Numbered from the stretch's first letter, positions 11,580 to 21,563 are shown. The stretch is DNA of 64,000 nt from Microcoleus sp. (GCA_052279835.1 CP181291.1:864001-928000), one strand, 5' to 3'. The notes: generated by a model from the sequence alone, not told the origin. Made by a program: numbers and translations.

Positions 11580-12779
11580 GTGAATAATGTCCCCCCCCTC
11601 GACTTAACCAGCCAATACGCCCTGATTGGCGACGAAATAGCTGCGGCGGTACAAAAAGTGCTTGCCTCTGGTGGCTACATCGGCGGCCCGGCTGTGAAGA
11701 CTTTTGAACAAGAGTTCGCCAACTACACCGGAGTTTCCGACTGCGTGGGCTGTAACTCCGGCACTGATGCCCTAATTTTGGCTTTGCGCGCCCTCAAAAT
11801 TGGCCCTGGCGATGAAGTCATCACCACTCCTTTTACCTTTTTTGCCTCGGCTGAGACAATTAGCGCCGTCGGTGCAACTCCAGTGTTTGTCGATATTGAC
11901 TCTGGGACATTTAACATGGATGTCGATCGCCTAGAAGCAGCCATTACCCAAAAAACCAAGGCAATTATGCCCGTGCATATCTTCGGGCAACCCACAGACA
12001 TGACACGGCTCATGGACATTGCCAACAGACACAATCTAGCAGTCATTGAAGATTGCGCCCAATCTGTCGGTGCCCAATGGGAATCTCAAAAAGTCGGCAG
12101 CATCGGCCATGTAGGCTGCTTCAGTTTTTATCCGACCAAAAACTTAGGAGCTTGCGGCGACGGCGGAGCAGTCACCACAAACGATCGGGCCCTGGCAGCA
12201 TCCATGCGGATGCTCAAAGAACACGGCCAGTCCTCCAGATACTTTTACGAAGAAATCGGCTACAACAGCCGTTTAGATGCCATACAAGCAGTGATTCTCA
12301 GCATTAAATTGCGATATCTCGACGCCTGGAATGCTCAGCGGCGCGAAAAAGCCGAATTCTACAGCCAAATTCTCTGCCACATCTCCGGAGTAGACGTACC
12401 ACAAGAATTGCCCAAAGCAAAAGGAGTTTGGAATCAATACACTATCCGGCTCACAAGTCCAGAAAACCCGCACTCCCCTATTTCTCCCTCTAGAAATTTT
12501 CGCGACTGGATGCGGACTCAGTTACAGGAAAACGGCATCGGTTCCATGGTTTACTATCCCTTACCTTTACACCTGCAACCCGTTTACAAATCTTTAGGTT
12601 ATCAGCCTGGTCAGTTGCCCGTGGCGGAGCAAGTTTGTGGCGAAGTCTTGTCTTTGCCCATGTTCCCCGAACTGTCTAGGGATCAACAAGAGCGCGTGAT
12701 TTATGGACTCAAAGATTGCTTAGCTCAATCAGCGACCTTTTTTGACCAAGAAAATGGGATACAAGCCCCGTCCTTCTAG
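11580..12779 (+). CDS. DegT/DnrJ/EryC1/StrS sugar aminotransferase; last 10 aa come from an inserted mini-element
   Basis: NSGTDAL, IEDCAQS, SFYPTKNLG (PLP lysine), GYNSRLD. Confidence 0.92.
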   Translation: MNNVPPLDLTSQYALIGDEIAAAVQKVLASGGYIGGPAVKTFEQEFANYTGVSDCVGCNSGTDALILALRALKIGPGDEVITTPFTFFASAETISAVGATPVFVDIDSGTFNMDVDRLEAAITQKTKAIMPVHIFGQPTDMTRLMDIANRHNLAVIEDCAQSVGAQWESQKVGSIGHVGCFSFYPTKNLGACGDGGAVTTNDRALAASMRMLKEHGQSSRYFYEEIGYNSRLDAIQAVILSIKLRYLDAWNAQRREKAEFYSQILCHISGVDVPQELPKAKGVWNQYTIRLTSPENPHSPISPSRNFRDWMRTQLQENGIGSMVYYPLPLHLQPVYKSLGYQPGQLPVAEQVCGEVLSLPMFPELSRDQQERVIYGLKDCLAQSATFFDQENGIQAPSF

Positions 12780-12925
12780 GACGGCTTTTTGCTAGAATAC
12801 AGATAGTCGCCGAGCGGGCATTGGGAGACTTTAAACGGACAGGTCGGGACTGTAAGACTACCTTGGTAGCAGGACTCGTTGAAGTGTCAAGAATCCCCGC
12901 TCGTTTACGACGGGGAGTATGTCAA
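12747..12925 (+). mobile_element. Non-autonomous IS200/IS605-type mini-element (PATE) with both ends and a probable omegaRNA scaffold
   Basis: Follows TTGAC; left-end hairpin AAGCCCCGTCCTTCTAGGACGGCTTT; right-end hairpin TCCCCGCTCGTTTACGACGGGGA then GTATGTCAA; removal restores GAC-TAA in frame. Confidence 0.85.
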
Positions 12926-13112
12926 TAAGCACTTGTACTTTTATGTACTATAGTTAATGAAAAGAAACAAATTTAGAAGAAGGAAGAAGGAAGAAGGAAG
13001 AAGGAAAAAGGAACAGGGAAGACAGTTTTAACTACCCATGCCCAATGCCCGACACCCAATGCCCCATTCCCTATAAATTGTCAATTTCGGAAACTAAGAG
13101 GAAAATAAACGA

Positions 13113-14789
13113 GTGCGTCAGTATCAATCTACTCAAGCTAGACGCTACGATCCACAAGCGATCGCTCAGTATTACCGCAACCGTCCTTGGAAAGCAATTT
13201 GGCGAGCCATCACCGTTATTTGGTCCTTTTCAGGCTTCGTCATCGGGATGCTGTGGGACAGTTGGCAGCACGAAGTCGCCGCACACCAGCCGGAACGAGC
13301 GGCACACCTGCGACAAATACTGACTCGCTTGGGTCCCACTTTCATTAAAGTCGGTCAAGCGCTCTCGACCAGACCAGACTTGATCCGCAAAGACTTTCTC
13401 CAAGAACTGATCAAACTCCAGGATCAGTTACCGCCCTTTGACTCTGCCCTGGCCTTTGAGATTATTGAAGCAGAACTCGATCGCAAAATTAGCGACACTT
13501 ACAGCCAAATCTCCGCAGAACCAGTCGCAGCAGCCAGTCTCGGCCAAGTCTATCGGGCTCGTCTGATCACCGGAGAAGCAGTCGCCGTCAAAGTTCAGCG
13601 ACCAAACTTGCTCCCCATCTTGAGTCTTGACCTCTACTTAATGCGCCAGGCCGCCGGATTATTAGGCCCATTCTTGCCACTAAATCTCGGTCACGACCTC
13701 AGTTTAATTGTCGATGAATTCGGCATTAAATTGTTCGAGGAAATCGACTACATCAATGAAGGCCGCAACGCCGAGAAATTTGCGACAAATTTTGCCGATG
13801 ACCCCACAGTAAAAGTACCGAGCATCTACTGGCGCTATACTTCAAAATCCGTTCTCACTCTTGAGTGGATTGACGGCATCAAGCTGACCGATATGGCAAG
13901 CGTTAAAGCCGCAGGTTTGGATACCAATAGCTTAATTGAAGTCGGAGTCCGCAGCGGTTTACGACAGTTGCTAGAACACGGATTTTTTCACGCAGACCCC
14001 CATCCAGGAAATCTATTTGCTCTAGCGGACGGCCGCATGGCATATATCGATTTTGGGATGATGGATCAGATGGAAGAAACAACTAAAGAAACTTTGGTTG
14101 ATTCCGTCGTTCATTTAATCAACAAAGATTATTTAGAGTTAGCCAAAGATTTTGTAAAACTCGGCTTTTTGACTCCAGATACAAATATTATGCCCATCGT
14201 CCCGGCCCTAGAATCTGTACTGGGAGATATCGTCGGCGAAAAGGTAGGAGATTTTAACTTCAAAACGATTACAGACCAGTTTTCGGAATTGATGTACGAT
14301 TATCCTTTCCGAGTGCCGGCCAAGTTTGCCTTAATTATTCGCTCTCTGGTGACAGAAGAAGGTTTGGCCCTGACGCTAAATCCAGATTTCAAGATAGTTG
14401 AGGTTGCCTATCCTTACGTGGCGCGACGTTTGTTGAACGGGGAATCTCCGGCACTGCGGCGGCGCTTGATTGAGGTATTATTCAAGGATGGCAAATTCCA
14501 GTGGAATAGATTAGAGGAGATGATCGCGATCGCTAGGTCCGATCGGAGTTTCGATCTACTCCCGACTGCACAACTAGGTTTACAATTCTTGCTATCCGAG
14601 GAAGGCTCGTTTTTGCGACGCCAGCTAATGCTAGCTTTGATTGAGGACGATCGCATCCACACAGCAGAAGTTGGCAGCCTGTGGAACCTAGTCAAGGAAG
14701 ACCTGCAACCAAGCCGCCTATTCAACGTTGCTCTGGGCGCATTAGCAGAACTTTCCACAGAAGGAGCAGCCGCCCTCACTCGATTTTAG
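13113..14789 (+). CDS. ABC1/AarF/UbiB atypical kinase
   Basis: LGPTFIKVGQ, AAASLGQVY, VAVKVQRP, HADPHPGN, IDFGM. Confidence 0.92.
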   Translation: MRQYQSTQARRYDPQAIAQYYRNRPWKAIWRAITVIWSFSGFVIGMLWDSWQHEVAAHQPERAAHLRQILTRLGPTFIKVGQALSTRPDLIRKDFLQELIKLQDQLPPFDSALAFEIIEAELDRKISDTYSQISAEPVAAASLGQVYRARLITGEAVAVKVQRPNLLPILSLDLYLMRQAAGLLGPFLPLNLGHDLSLIVDEFGIKLFEEIDYINEGRNAEKFATNFADDPTVKVPSIYWRYTSKSVLTLEWIDGIKLTDMASVKAAGLDTNSLIEVGVRSGLRQLLEHGFFHADPHPGNLFALADGRMAYIDFGMMDQMEETTKETLVDSVVHLINKDYLELAKDFVKLGFLTPDTNIMPIVPALESVLGDIVGEKVGDFNFKTITDQFSELMYDYPFRVPAKFALIIRSLVTEEGLALTLNPDFKIVEVAYPYVARRLLNGESPALRRRLIEVLFKDGKFQWNRLEEMIAIARSDRSFDLLPTAQLGLQFLLSEEGSFLRRQLMLALIEDDRIHTAEVGSLWNLVKEDLQPSRLFNVALGALAELSTEGAAALTRF

Positions 14790-14897
14790 TTAGTCATTAG
14801 TCATTAGTCATTGGTAATTAGTTATGAGTCAAAAGACAATTACCAATTACCAATTACCAATTCCCCATTCCCAATTACCAAACTTTAGGAATTATTC

Positions 14898-15272
14898 GTG
14901 TATTATTTTCCCGAACCTCCCTATTTTTTTATGACCGCTGGATTGCTAGCAGGAATCGCCTCTGGTTTAGCCTTTGAAGCAACCCTCAAAGAAGCCGTCA
15001 AGCTCTGGTCAAAAAATCGTTCTACACGCACTTTAGCTAACCTCCAAGGATTACAATTATTCGTGCCTTTCCTGGGAATGGCAGGAGGAATTTGTGTATT
15101 TTTAGCTTCCGGTGTAGAGATTTTTGGAATTCCTAAATTGTTTTCTTATGCTTTGTCTCTACCACTAACCGTACTCACAGGCTGGCTAATTTGGAGACAG
15201 TTAGGTAAGCTTTTATTGGAGTTAGAACGGGGAGGCTCCCAAGCCCTTGATTTAGATTCCTTTGAAGGATGA
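14898..15272 (+). CDS. Conserved cyanobacterial membrane protein
   Basis: 124 aa, about 3 hydrophobic segments, C-terminal GGSQALDLD. Confidence 0.7.
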   Translation: MYYFPEPPYFFMTAGLLAGIASGLAFEATLKEAVKLWSKNRSTRTLANLQGLQLFVPFLGMAGGICVFLASGVEIFGIPKLFSYALSLPLTVLTGWLIWRQLGKLLLELERGGSQALDLDSFEG

Positions 15273-15277
15273 TAATC

Positions 15278-15319
15278 AACAATTACCCCCTTTTTTGAGA
15301 AAAAAAGGGGTTGATTGTT
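15278..15319. terminator. Inverted-repeat hairpin downstream of the ORF
   Basis: aacaattaccccctttttt / aaaaaaaggggttgattgtt. Confidence 0.55.
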
Positions 15320-15356
15320 CTCTAATATTTGAGCCTAATTAATTTAGATAATTTTT

Positions 15357-15386
15357 GAACCGCAGAGGACGCAGAGAACGCAGAGT
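15357..15386. repeat. Dispersed repeat family AACCGC(A/G)(G/A)AGGACGCAGAG
   Basis: Related copies at ~16566, 19741 (x3, reverse), 27277, 48329, 51897, 56875. Confidence 0.8.
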
Positions 15387-15451
15387 TAGAGGCAGAAGAG
15401 ACTCGCAATTTATTCAATAATTTCTGTAAAAGCTTTAAAATCTAAAATAGA

Positions 15452-16402
15452 ATGAGTATTTTTATTGTTACGGGTGCCGCGGGATTTATTGGTTCTAACT
15501 TAGTAGAAACTCTTTTAAATAGAGGAGAGACAGTAATAGGTGTTGATGAGTTCAACGATTATTACGATCCCTCACTAAAACGTAAAAATATTGCACGATT
15601 TGAAAACTATCCTGGTTTTGAATTGGTGGAAGGAGATATTTTGTCTCTAAATTGGTCATCGCTTTTGTCCGATGCTAAGGTGATTTTTCATCAGGCCGCC
15701 CAGGCGGGAGTTCGTGCTAGCTGGGGCGAGGGTTTTCGCAGCTATACCGAACGCAATATTAACAGCACCCAAGTATTATTAGAAGCTGCTAAAAATGCAC
15801 CAAGACTGCAAAAGTTTGTCTACGCTTCTTCTTCCTCAATTTACGGAAATGCTGAATCTTTCCCCACGAGTGAAAATGCTTGTCCCCAGCCCGTTTCTCC
15901 CTACGGAATTACGAAGTTAGCTGGTGAACGTTTGTGCGGGCTTTACTATCAGAATTTTGGTGTTCCCACAACTTCGCTGCGTTATTTTACTGTTTATGGG
16001 CCTCGACAGCGCCCTGATATGGCTTTTCACAAGTTTTTTAAGTCGATTTTTTTCAACCAGCCGATTTCTATTTTTGGCGATGGATTACAAACGCGGGATT
16101 TTACTTTTATCAGCGATTGCGTTGCTGCTAATTTAGCGGCGGCTGAGGTTGCAGAAGCTGCGGGGGAAGTTTTTAATATTGGTGGGGGAAGTCGCGTGGT
16201 TTTGAAAGAAGTTATTGATACAATACAGCAAATTGTCGATCGACCCATTCGGATCGAATTTACCGAAACGGCGCGGGGTGACGCGCGACACACTAGCGCT
16301 GATGTATCTAAAGCTAAGAAAATATTGGGTTATCAGCCAAAAGTTAGTTTAGAAGCAGGATTGAGGCAAGAATGGGAGTGGATTCAGTCTTTGTACAGTT
16401 AA
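15452..16402 (+). CDS. NAD-dependent nucleotide-sugar epimerase/dehydratase (UDP-glucuronate epimerase-like)
   Basis: VTGAAGFIG, SPYGITK (YxxxK), YFTVYGPRQRPDMA. Confidence 0.92.
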   Translation: MSIFIVTGAAGFIGSNLVETLLNRGETVIGVDEFNDYYDPSLKRKNIARFENYPGFELVEGDILSLNWSSLLSDAKVIFHQAAQAGVRASWGEGFRSYTERNINSTQVLLEAAKNAPRLQKFVYASSSSIYGNAESFPTSENACPQPVSPYGITKLAGERLCGLYYQNFGVPTTSLRYFTVYGPRQRPDMAFHKFFKSIFFNQPISIFGDGLQTRDFTFISDCVAANLAAAEVAEAAGEVFNIGGGSRVVLKEVIDTIQQIVDRPIRIEFTETARGDARHTSADVSKAKKILGYQPKVSLEAGLRQEWEWIQSLYS

Positions 16403-16420
16403 ATCCTATAACACTTACCC

Positions 16421-16489
16421 AAAAAACCCGGTTTCTTGGAAAAATCGTCGCTATATCCGAGAGATATTGATGCAGAAACCGGGTTTTTG
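16421..16489. repeat. Short dispersed inverted-repeat element (AACCCGGTTTCT...AGAAACCGGGTTTT)
   Basis: Terminal inverted repeats; second copy at 22538-22602. Confidence 0.8.
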
Positions 16490-16644
16490 ACCGGTTTATC
16501 AAGTAGGGACACGGCTTTGCTGTGTCCTCTATATCATTCCGATACAACTGGATTTGATATGATTTAACCGCGAAGGCGCAAAGGACGCGAAGGAAGAGAA
16601 GAGAGAGATTAATAATTACGATGATGAGAGGATTTGATATTATC

Positions 16645-17667
16645 CTATTTATCCCAGAAATTCCGCAACTTAAATTGAACATTATTAACTTTTTGAATTC
16701 CCCAACTTTTGAGACTTCTGTGGAAGCGAACTAGCAAATTTGGAGGGCTGAGTTTTGGCTGGGTTTCCGGCGACTTCAAATAACGGTAGTGCAGAAATAT
16801 ATCTCGGTAGGGAATCTCCACATCTTCGCCAGCACACAATCGATTAATTTTGGCCGCCGAAATACTCATGTAGTGCAAATAAGTGAGCCGCCGTCCTTTA
16901 TCGTATAGAACATTATCTTTCACATCAAATTGGGAAGACCAATGATTCCCCGTCACCTGTTCTGGTTGAGCATAGGCAAAGTTGTAAAAAGAGATTTGGC
17001 TGCGGGCGACTAAATAGTTAAGTAAAGATTGGTCAGCCCCCCGCAAAGACATAATTTCCGCTTCTCCTGATGTTAAATATTCTAAATATTGAGAGCAATT
17101 ATTCCGATTTAAAATCCCCGATTTTGACGCAAACCAACCCGCACAAAAAGTATGAGATTGCAGTTGGTCAATATTTAAAATTTGTGGCAATTTGGGAGAG
17201 GATAAATCAAATATATAATTGAGGTCTGATTTGTATTGAAAATCGTTAGCTACCCAATCAAAGTCATCAAGTTTTTCATATATGTAATCCAGACTTCCCA
17301 TTAACAGAGTGTCTGCGTCAAAATAGATGAATTTATCGAAATCGCCGTCAAAACAACATAATTTTCGGTGCATTTCCAAACATTGAACTGGTTTCCAACC
17401 TTTAGATTTCCAAACTTTTTGAGCTTTCCCATGAGTTTGCCAAACTTGAGTGGCAAATTTTTCCCAAAACATGATTGAATCGGTATTTTCAAACAAGGTG
17501 ACATGAGGACGAGTTGCAATTTCTAGGCGCACTTTTTGCAGTCTCTCATCATAGGGAATGATGCAAACAGGAATATCTTTTGCCCCATTCACTTCCAGAC
17601 TGTTTAATAAGGCGACTAAGTGGTCGAAAACCACATCATTTGCTAGTATATAAATACCATCAATCAT
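16645..17667 (-). CDS. Npun_R2821/R2822-type putative glycosyltransferase (GT-A like)
   Basis: GIYILAND, YFDAD (DxD), DQSLLNY, RLTYLHY. Confidence 0.75.
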   Translation of the reverse strand: MIDGIYILANDVVFDHLVALLNSLEVNGAKDIPVCIIPYDERLQKVRLEIATRPHVTLFENTDSIMFWEKFATQVWQTHGKAQKVWKSKGWKPVQCLEMHRKLCCFDGDFDKFIYFDADTLLMGSLDYIYEKLDDFDWVANDFQYKSDLNYIFDLSSPKLPQILNIDQLQSHTFCAGWFASKSGILNRNNCSQYLEYLTSGEAEIMSLRGADQSLLNYLVARSQISFYNFAYAQPEQVTGNHWSSQFDVKDNVLYDKGRRLTYLHYMSISAAKINRLCAGEDVEIPYRDIFLHYRYLKSPETQPKLSPPNLLVRFHRSLKSWGIQKVNNVQFKLRNFWDK

Positions 17668-17859
17668 AATTTTAAAATAAATTATATCAGGTTCTGTTGA
17701 TGGGCTGGTAACGCTGATCCGGAGGATTTACCTCCAATTTCACTCCGCAATAAGCGAGGCAGAGCCTCTGGATATCGGTTCCCAGGCTCTGCCTGGGAAC
17801 CAGTTATTGGTAAAATTAACTATCTCGTAAACCCGCCCCCTCCCTCCCTACAAACAATA

Positions 17860-18732
17860 TTATCCCTGCCAATATCGAAATATTCTTTGCACTAAATTGG
17901 GTTTTTCCTCATTCAGATAACGATAATGTTTCCACAGTTTCCAGTAAGGACTACCAGATTTAATCGGTATTCCGGCCCAATGAATATATTTTAACCTTTT
18001 ACCTTTGTCATAAAGCACATAATCTATTTCCTGAAAATGCTTGGAACCAGCCCAGCTTCCCGGTTCTGATTCGGTCGATTTCACCAGGTTACAGCGTTTG
18101 GGAATTAGTTTAAGAATCAGGTAATTTAGTATAGGTTGATCGGTGACATTTTGAGTGAAGTCGAAATATTCTCGATGCTGCGAACATTCGCGCAATATTT
18201 CGTACATTTGCGATTCTGAAATAGTTCCTTTCCGCGAAGCCCAAAAGCCGCTGTTGAAGACATCTTGAAGTTCGGAATCTGTGAAAATATTTTGTGCTTT
18301 GACAATGGGTGAAAATACATTCCGTAGTTTTTCGCTGAGGTGGTGGTAGTCGCAGCAAAAAAAGTCTACTTCCGATAGTTTGTTGAGGTTGGCTGCGATG
18401 TCTTCAAAGACGATGATATCGGTATCGATGTACAGAAATTCGTCGAGAGGGCCAAACCAGGCGACGAGTTTTCGCATTTTGTTAGGGAGGGCTAAAAAGT
18501 TGCGATCGAATATTTGCCCAATTTCTCTGGTAAACTGTTCGACAAACTCCAGATTTGGGAACAATTGCACCCCGTGGAGATGGCTGAGTGTGGCGGCGAC
18601 TTGCTGATAATTCTCATCGAAGGGAATCAAAAAAACTGGTACTTGACGATTGTACAAACCTATGCTGTTCATAAGTGCGATCGCACTTTCCATCACCCGA
18701 TCGTTCGCCACAATATAAATACCGCGATTCAT
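17860..18732 (-). CDS. Npun_R2821/R2822-type putative glycosyltransferase
   Basis: GIYIVAND, YIDTD, FNSGF, DQPILNY, YIHWAG. Confidence 0.75.
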   Translation of the reverse strand: MNRGIYIVANDRVMESAIALMNSIGLYNRQVPVFLIPFDENYQQVAATLSHLHGVQLFPNLEFVEQFTREIGQIFDRNFLALPNKMRKLVAWFGPLDEFLYIDTDIIVFEDIAANLNKLSEVDFFCCDYHHLSEKLRNVFSPIVKAQNIFTDSELQDVFNSGFWASRKGTISESQMYEILRECSQHREYFDFTQNVTDQPILNYLILKLIPKRCNLVKSTESEPGSWAGSKHFQEIDYVLYDKGKRLKYIHWAGIPIKSGSPYWKLWKHYRYLNEEKPNLVQRIFRYWQG

Positions 18733-19703
18733 CTATTTATCCTCAACCTTCTCCATACCCTTGTTAACAAATTCGACCTAGAAACCTCAGTATAAGACTT
18801 CGGCGCTTCCCGAAAAACTGGACTCTGGGACGGTTCCCGGAGATAGCGATAATGCAGAAACAAATCGCGATAGGGAAAATCAATGTTTTCCCCCCCACAA
18901 ACTCTCCGAATTAAATCCGGTGGTACGCCAATATAATGAATGTAAGTCAGTCGATTTCCCTTGTCATACAAAATTTTATCCTGCTCTTCAAAATGTTGAG
19001 AACTGACACAACACCCAGTTTTTGCATCCTCCGGTAAACTATAAGCAAAATTATAACTACTCATGCCAGTTTTCATCACCATATAATTGAGCAACGGCTG
19101 TTCTCCCGCACCTTCATAGAGAATTTCCCCATCCCCCGATTGCAGTTGAGATACCAGCCATGCTCTAGTATTTTGCTCAAAAAATCCTTGCTTGCTCCCA
19201 TAAAATCCAGAACAAAATATTTCTGATTCTATCCGCTCTTGCTCAAACACTTTAACCAGTTTAGGTGATTTAATGTTGTAGACTTTAGTAGGGTCCCTAA
19301 ATTGAAAATCATAAACTACAAAATCCGATTTATCTAACTGCCGAAAAACTGCATCAAGGGAATTCATCAGCAAAGTATCAGCATCCATATAGATAAACTT
19401 TGCAAACGGACCGTCGAAAGCACAAAAACGTCTGTGTGCGCCGTAAAGCCGAAACTTTTTGCGGTTCAAACGCTCTGGCGCAGCAGCTTCCATAAATTTG
19501 TCCCATCGCTCAATAGAAGCGCTATCTTCATAAATAAAAACATTAGGACGGTTGACAATTTCCCCTTTAATTTGCTCTATTTGGTCATCGAAAGGATAAA
19601 TACAAACGGGAATACTTGAGCCTAAAATAACTTCAATACTGTTGAGCAAAGCAACAAGTTGGTCGTAAACTGTATCATTAGCTAGCGTGCAAATTCCATT
19701 CAT
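18729..19703 (-). CDS. Npun_R2821/R2822-type putative glycosyltransferase
   Basis: MNGICTLAND start aligns with the two paralogs; the longer ORF start lies in a tandem repeat. Confidence 0.75.
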   Translation of the reverse strand: MNGICTLANDTVYDQLVALLNSIEVILGSSIPVCIYPFDDQIEQIKGEIVNRPNVFIYEDSASIERWDKFMEAAAPERLNRKKFRLYGAHRRFCAFDGPFAKFIYMDADTLLMNSLDAVFRQLDKSDFVVYDFQFRDPTKVYNIKSPKLVKVFEQERIESEIFCSGFYGSKQGFFEQNTRAWLVSQLQSGDGEILYEGAGEQPLLNYMVMKTGMSSYNFAYSLPEDAKTGCCVSSQHFEEQDKILYDKGNRLTYIHYIGVPPDLIRRVCGGENIDFPYRDLFLHYRYLREPSQSPVFREAPKSYTEVSRSNLLTRVWRRLRINR

Positions 19704-19723
19704 AAACACCTCCTCTCGATCGC

Positions 19724-19973
19724 AAAATAGTCTCAGAAATCTCTCTGCGTCCTCTGCGCCCTCTGCGGTTAAAAAATCCCCCTCCAACCAGAAACAAGCA
19801 CGTATCGACCAAAAAATAGTCTCAGAAATCTCTCTGCGTCCTCTGCGCCCTCTGCGGTTAAAAAATCCCCCTCCAACCAGAAACAAGCACGTATCGACCA
19901 AAAAATAGTCTCAGAAATCTCTCTGCGTCCTCTGCGCCCTCTGCGGTTAAAAAATCCCCCTCCAACCAGAAAC
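19724..19973. repeat. Tandem repeat, 89-bp period, about 2.8 near-identical copies
   Basis: TCTCAGAAAT at 19731, 19820 and 19909. Confidence 0.95.
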
Positions 19974-20046
19974 GATCGCCTATTTAGACCTTCCTACCGC
20001 AGCCGTAGGAGGGATTCGAGTCTGTTTAACTAAACAGTCTGTGAAG

Positions 20047-20071
20047 AACAGGCAGGATGCCTGTTCCACAA
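20047..20071. repeat. REP-like palindrome AACAGGC(A/T)GGATGCCTGTTCCACAA
   Basis: Second copy at ~51982-52006. Confidence 0.65.
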
Positions 20072-20097
20072 TTATGGGAGAATTCTCATGGTTTGAG

Positions 20098-21027
20098 CTA
20101 CGCTTGTTGCTCTGGCATTTCCAGCAACTCAGGAATCGTCACAAACCGATATCCCTGCTTTTTCAAACCAGCAATCATATCAGGTAAGGCTTTAATAGTA
20201 CGAGATCGATCGCCCCCGCCATCGTGCATCAACACAATCGCACCCGGTTTCGCACCCTTGAGCACATTTTCCACAAAAGCTTCTGGTTGAGCCCGCGGAT
20301 CGGTATCTGCGGAAGTTACAGACCACATTACCACAGAATAATTGTGCTCTTTGGCATACTTGGCCAAGCCATTATTCAAAACTCCCCCAGGTGGGCGAAA
20401 GTAAGTTGTCTTAACTCCCGTGGTTTCGTAAATCAGTTTGGCGGTGCGATCGATTTCGTCAGCAGCCGTCGCCGCATCCATTGGATCGTAGGGATGATGC
20501 CACGTATGATTGCCGATCGCATGACCTTCGGCGACAACTCTCCGAGCAATTTCCGGTGAACGTTCCAGAGATTTACCTATCCAAAAAAATGTCGCTTTTA
20601 CATCATTTTTCTGAAAAATATCTAGCATTTGTTCAGTTGTTTCCGGCCAAGGCCCGTCATCAACAGTTAGGGCAATAACTTTATCTGACTTGTTTACTTG
20701 TCCTTCAAAAATAGTCGTTCCTTGAAATTTTTCTGGCGGTACAAAGGTCAGCAGTTTTTCTTTCGATTCTAATACAGTGAGAAGTTGTTGAATCTGGCGA
20801 TCGAGATTAAACTCTGTTTGATTGTCTCCTACCTCATGAAATAAAGGATTTGACGTTAAAGATTGGTTAAGGTTTTGCACCTGAGCCACAGCAGTGCCGG
20901 GATGGTGATTCGGCTGGAACTCCGGCATGAGGGAACCCATGACCAAGCTAATGGCTGCTCCAGCCAGTACGATCGCCAGAAAACGCCATTTTTTTCTTAG
21001 TAGTTGAAATAAATGATTTCCGCTCAC
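20098..21027 (-). CDS. NodB-type polysaccharide deacetylase with N-terminal TM/signal
   Basis: ALTVDDGP, GNHTWHH, FRPPGG, IVLMHDGGG. Confidence 0.92.
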   Translation of the reverse strand: MSGNHLFQLLRKKWRFLAIVLAGAAISLVMGSLMPEFQPNHHPGTAVAQVQNLNQSLTSNPLFHEVGDNQTEFNLDRQIQQLLTVLESKEKLLTFVPPEKFQGTTIFEGQVNKSDKVIALTVDDGPWPETTEQMLDIFQKNDVKATFFWIGKSLERSPEIARRVVAEGHAIGNHTWHHPYDPMDAATAADEIDRTAKLIYETTGVKTTYFRPPGGVLNNGLAKYAKEHNYSVVMWSVTSADTDPRAQPEAFVENVLKGAKPGAIVLMHDGGGDRSRTIKALPDMIAGLKKQGYRFVTIPELLEMPEQQA

Positions 21028-21458
21028 TTCAGATTCCTTTCACTCCACAATGCCCAATATGATAAAGGGAATTGTGGCGCAAAAATCTAAAGCCGATCTA
21101 TATCTATATAGATCTCACAACCGAGACTTCTGTAACAAGTCGCAGTGCTAACAGCAAAATCCAGTCTCTGCTGCAGGCTCGATCGCACCAAGCCTGCAAG
21201 TTCGGATACTCATCACAAAATATCCCAAACATCCTATCTAGGTTAAGTTCGATCGGCTCACAAGCCATCTGCTTTTCCAGAAGGGGCCACCCACAGGCGG
21301 CGAGAATTCAGAGAAATGGGAGTGTAGTACAGCTTCAGCATTGAATTTACCTCCCGTGACACTACCACTTTAGCTCCCACATCTCTTGATTGATAAGAGG
21401 TTCAGCCCCAAAACAGCCCCTCGGCTTTCCCGCCAAGCAGCAGATCGAAAAAAAAATT

Positions 21459-21502
21459 GTATTACCCCCTTGACAGTTGTGTAATACGTAATGTAGTATA
21501 AA
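21459..21502 (+). promoter_or_regulatory. Sigma70-type promoter of the tRNA array with overlapping GTA(A/G)TA operator-like boxes
   Basis: TTGACA 21470-21475; TAGTAT 21494-21499 (18-bp spacer); GTATTAC/GTAATAC inverted pair flanking the -35. Confidence 0.7.
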
Positions 21503-21551
21503 TGTATGGCGAAGGGGAAAGAGCCTCAAAGCTTTATCTCAAGAGCAATAT

Positions 21552-21563
21552 GAACCTTGACAA
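21552..21563 (+). promoter_or_regulatory. boxA-like antitermination motif GAACCTTGACAA
   Basis: 11/12 match to cyanobacterial rrn boxA GAACCTTGAAAA; lies in the array leader. Confidence 0.55.

Noticed and set aside
19724..19973. Possible CRISPR array
   Set aside because: Whole 89-bp units are near-identical with no unique spacers, and there are no cas genes
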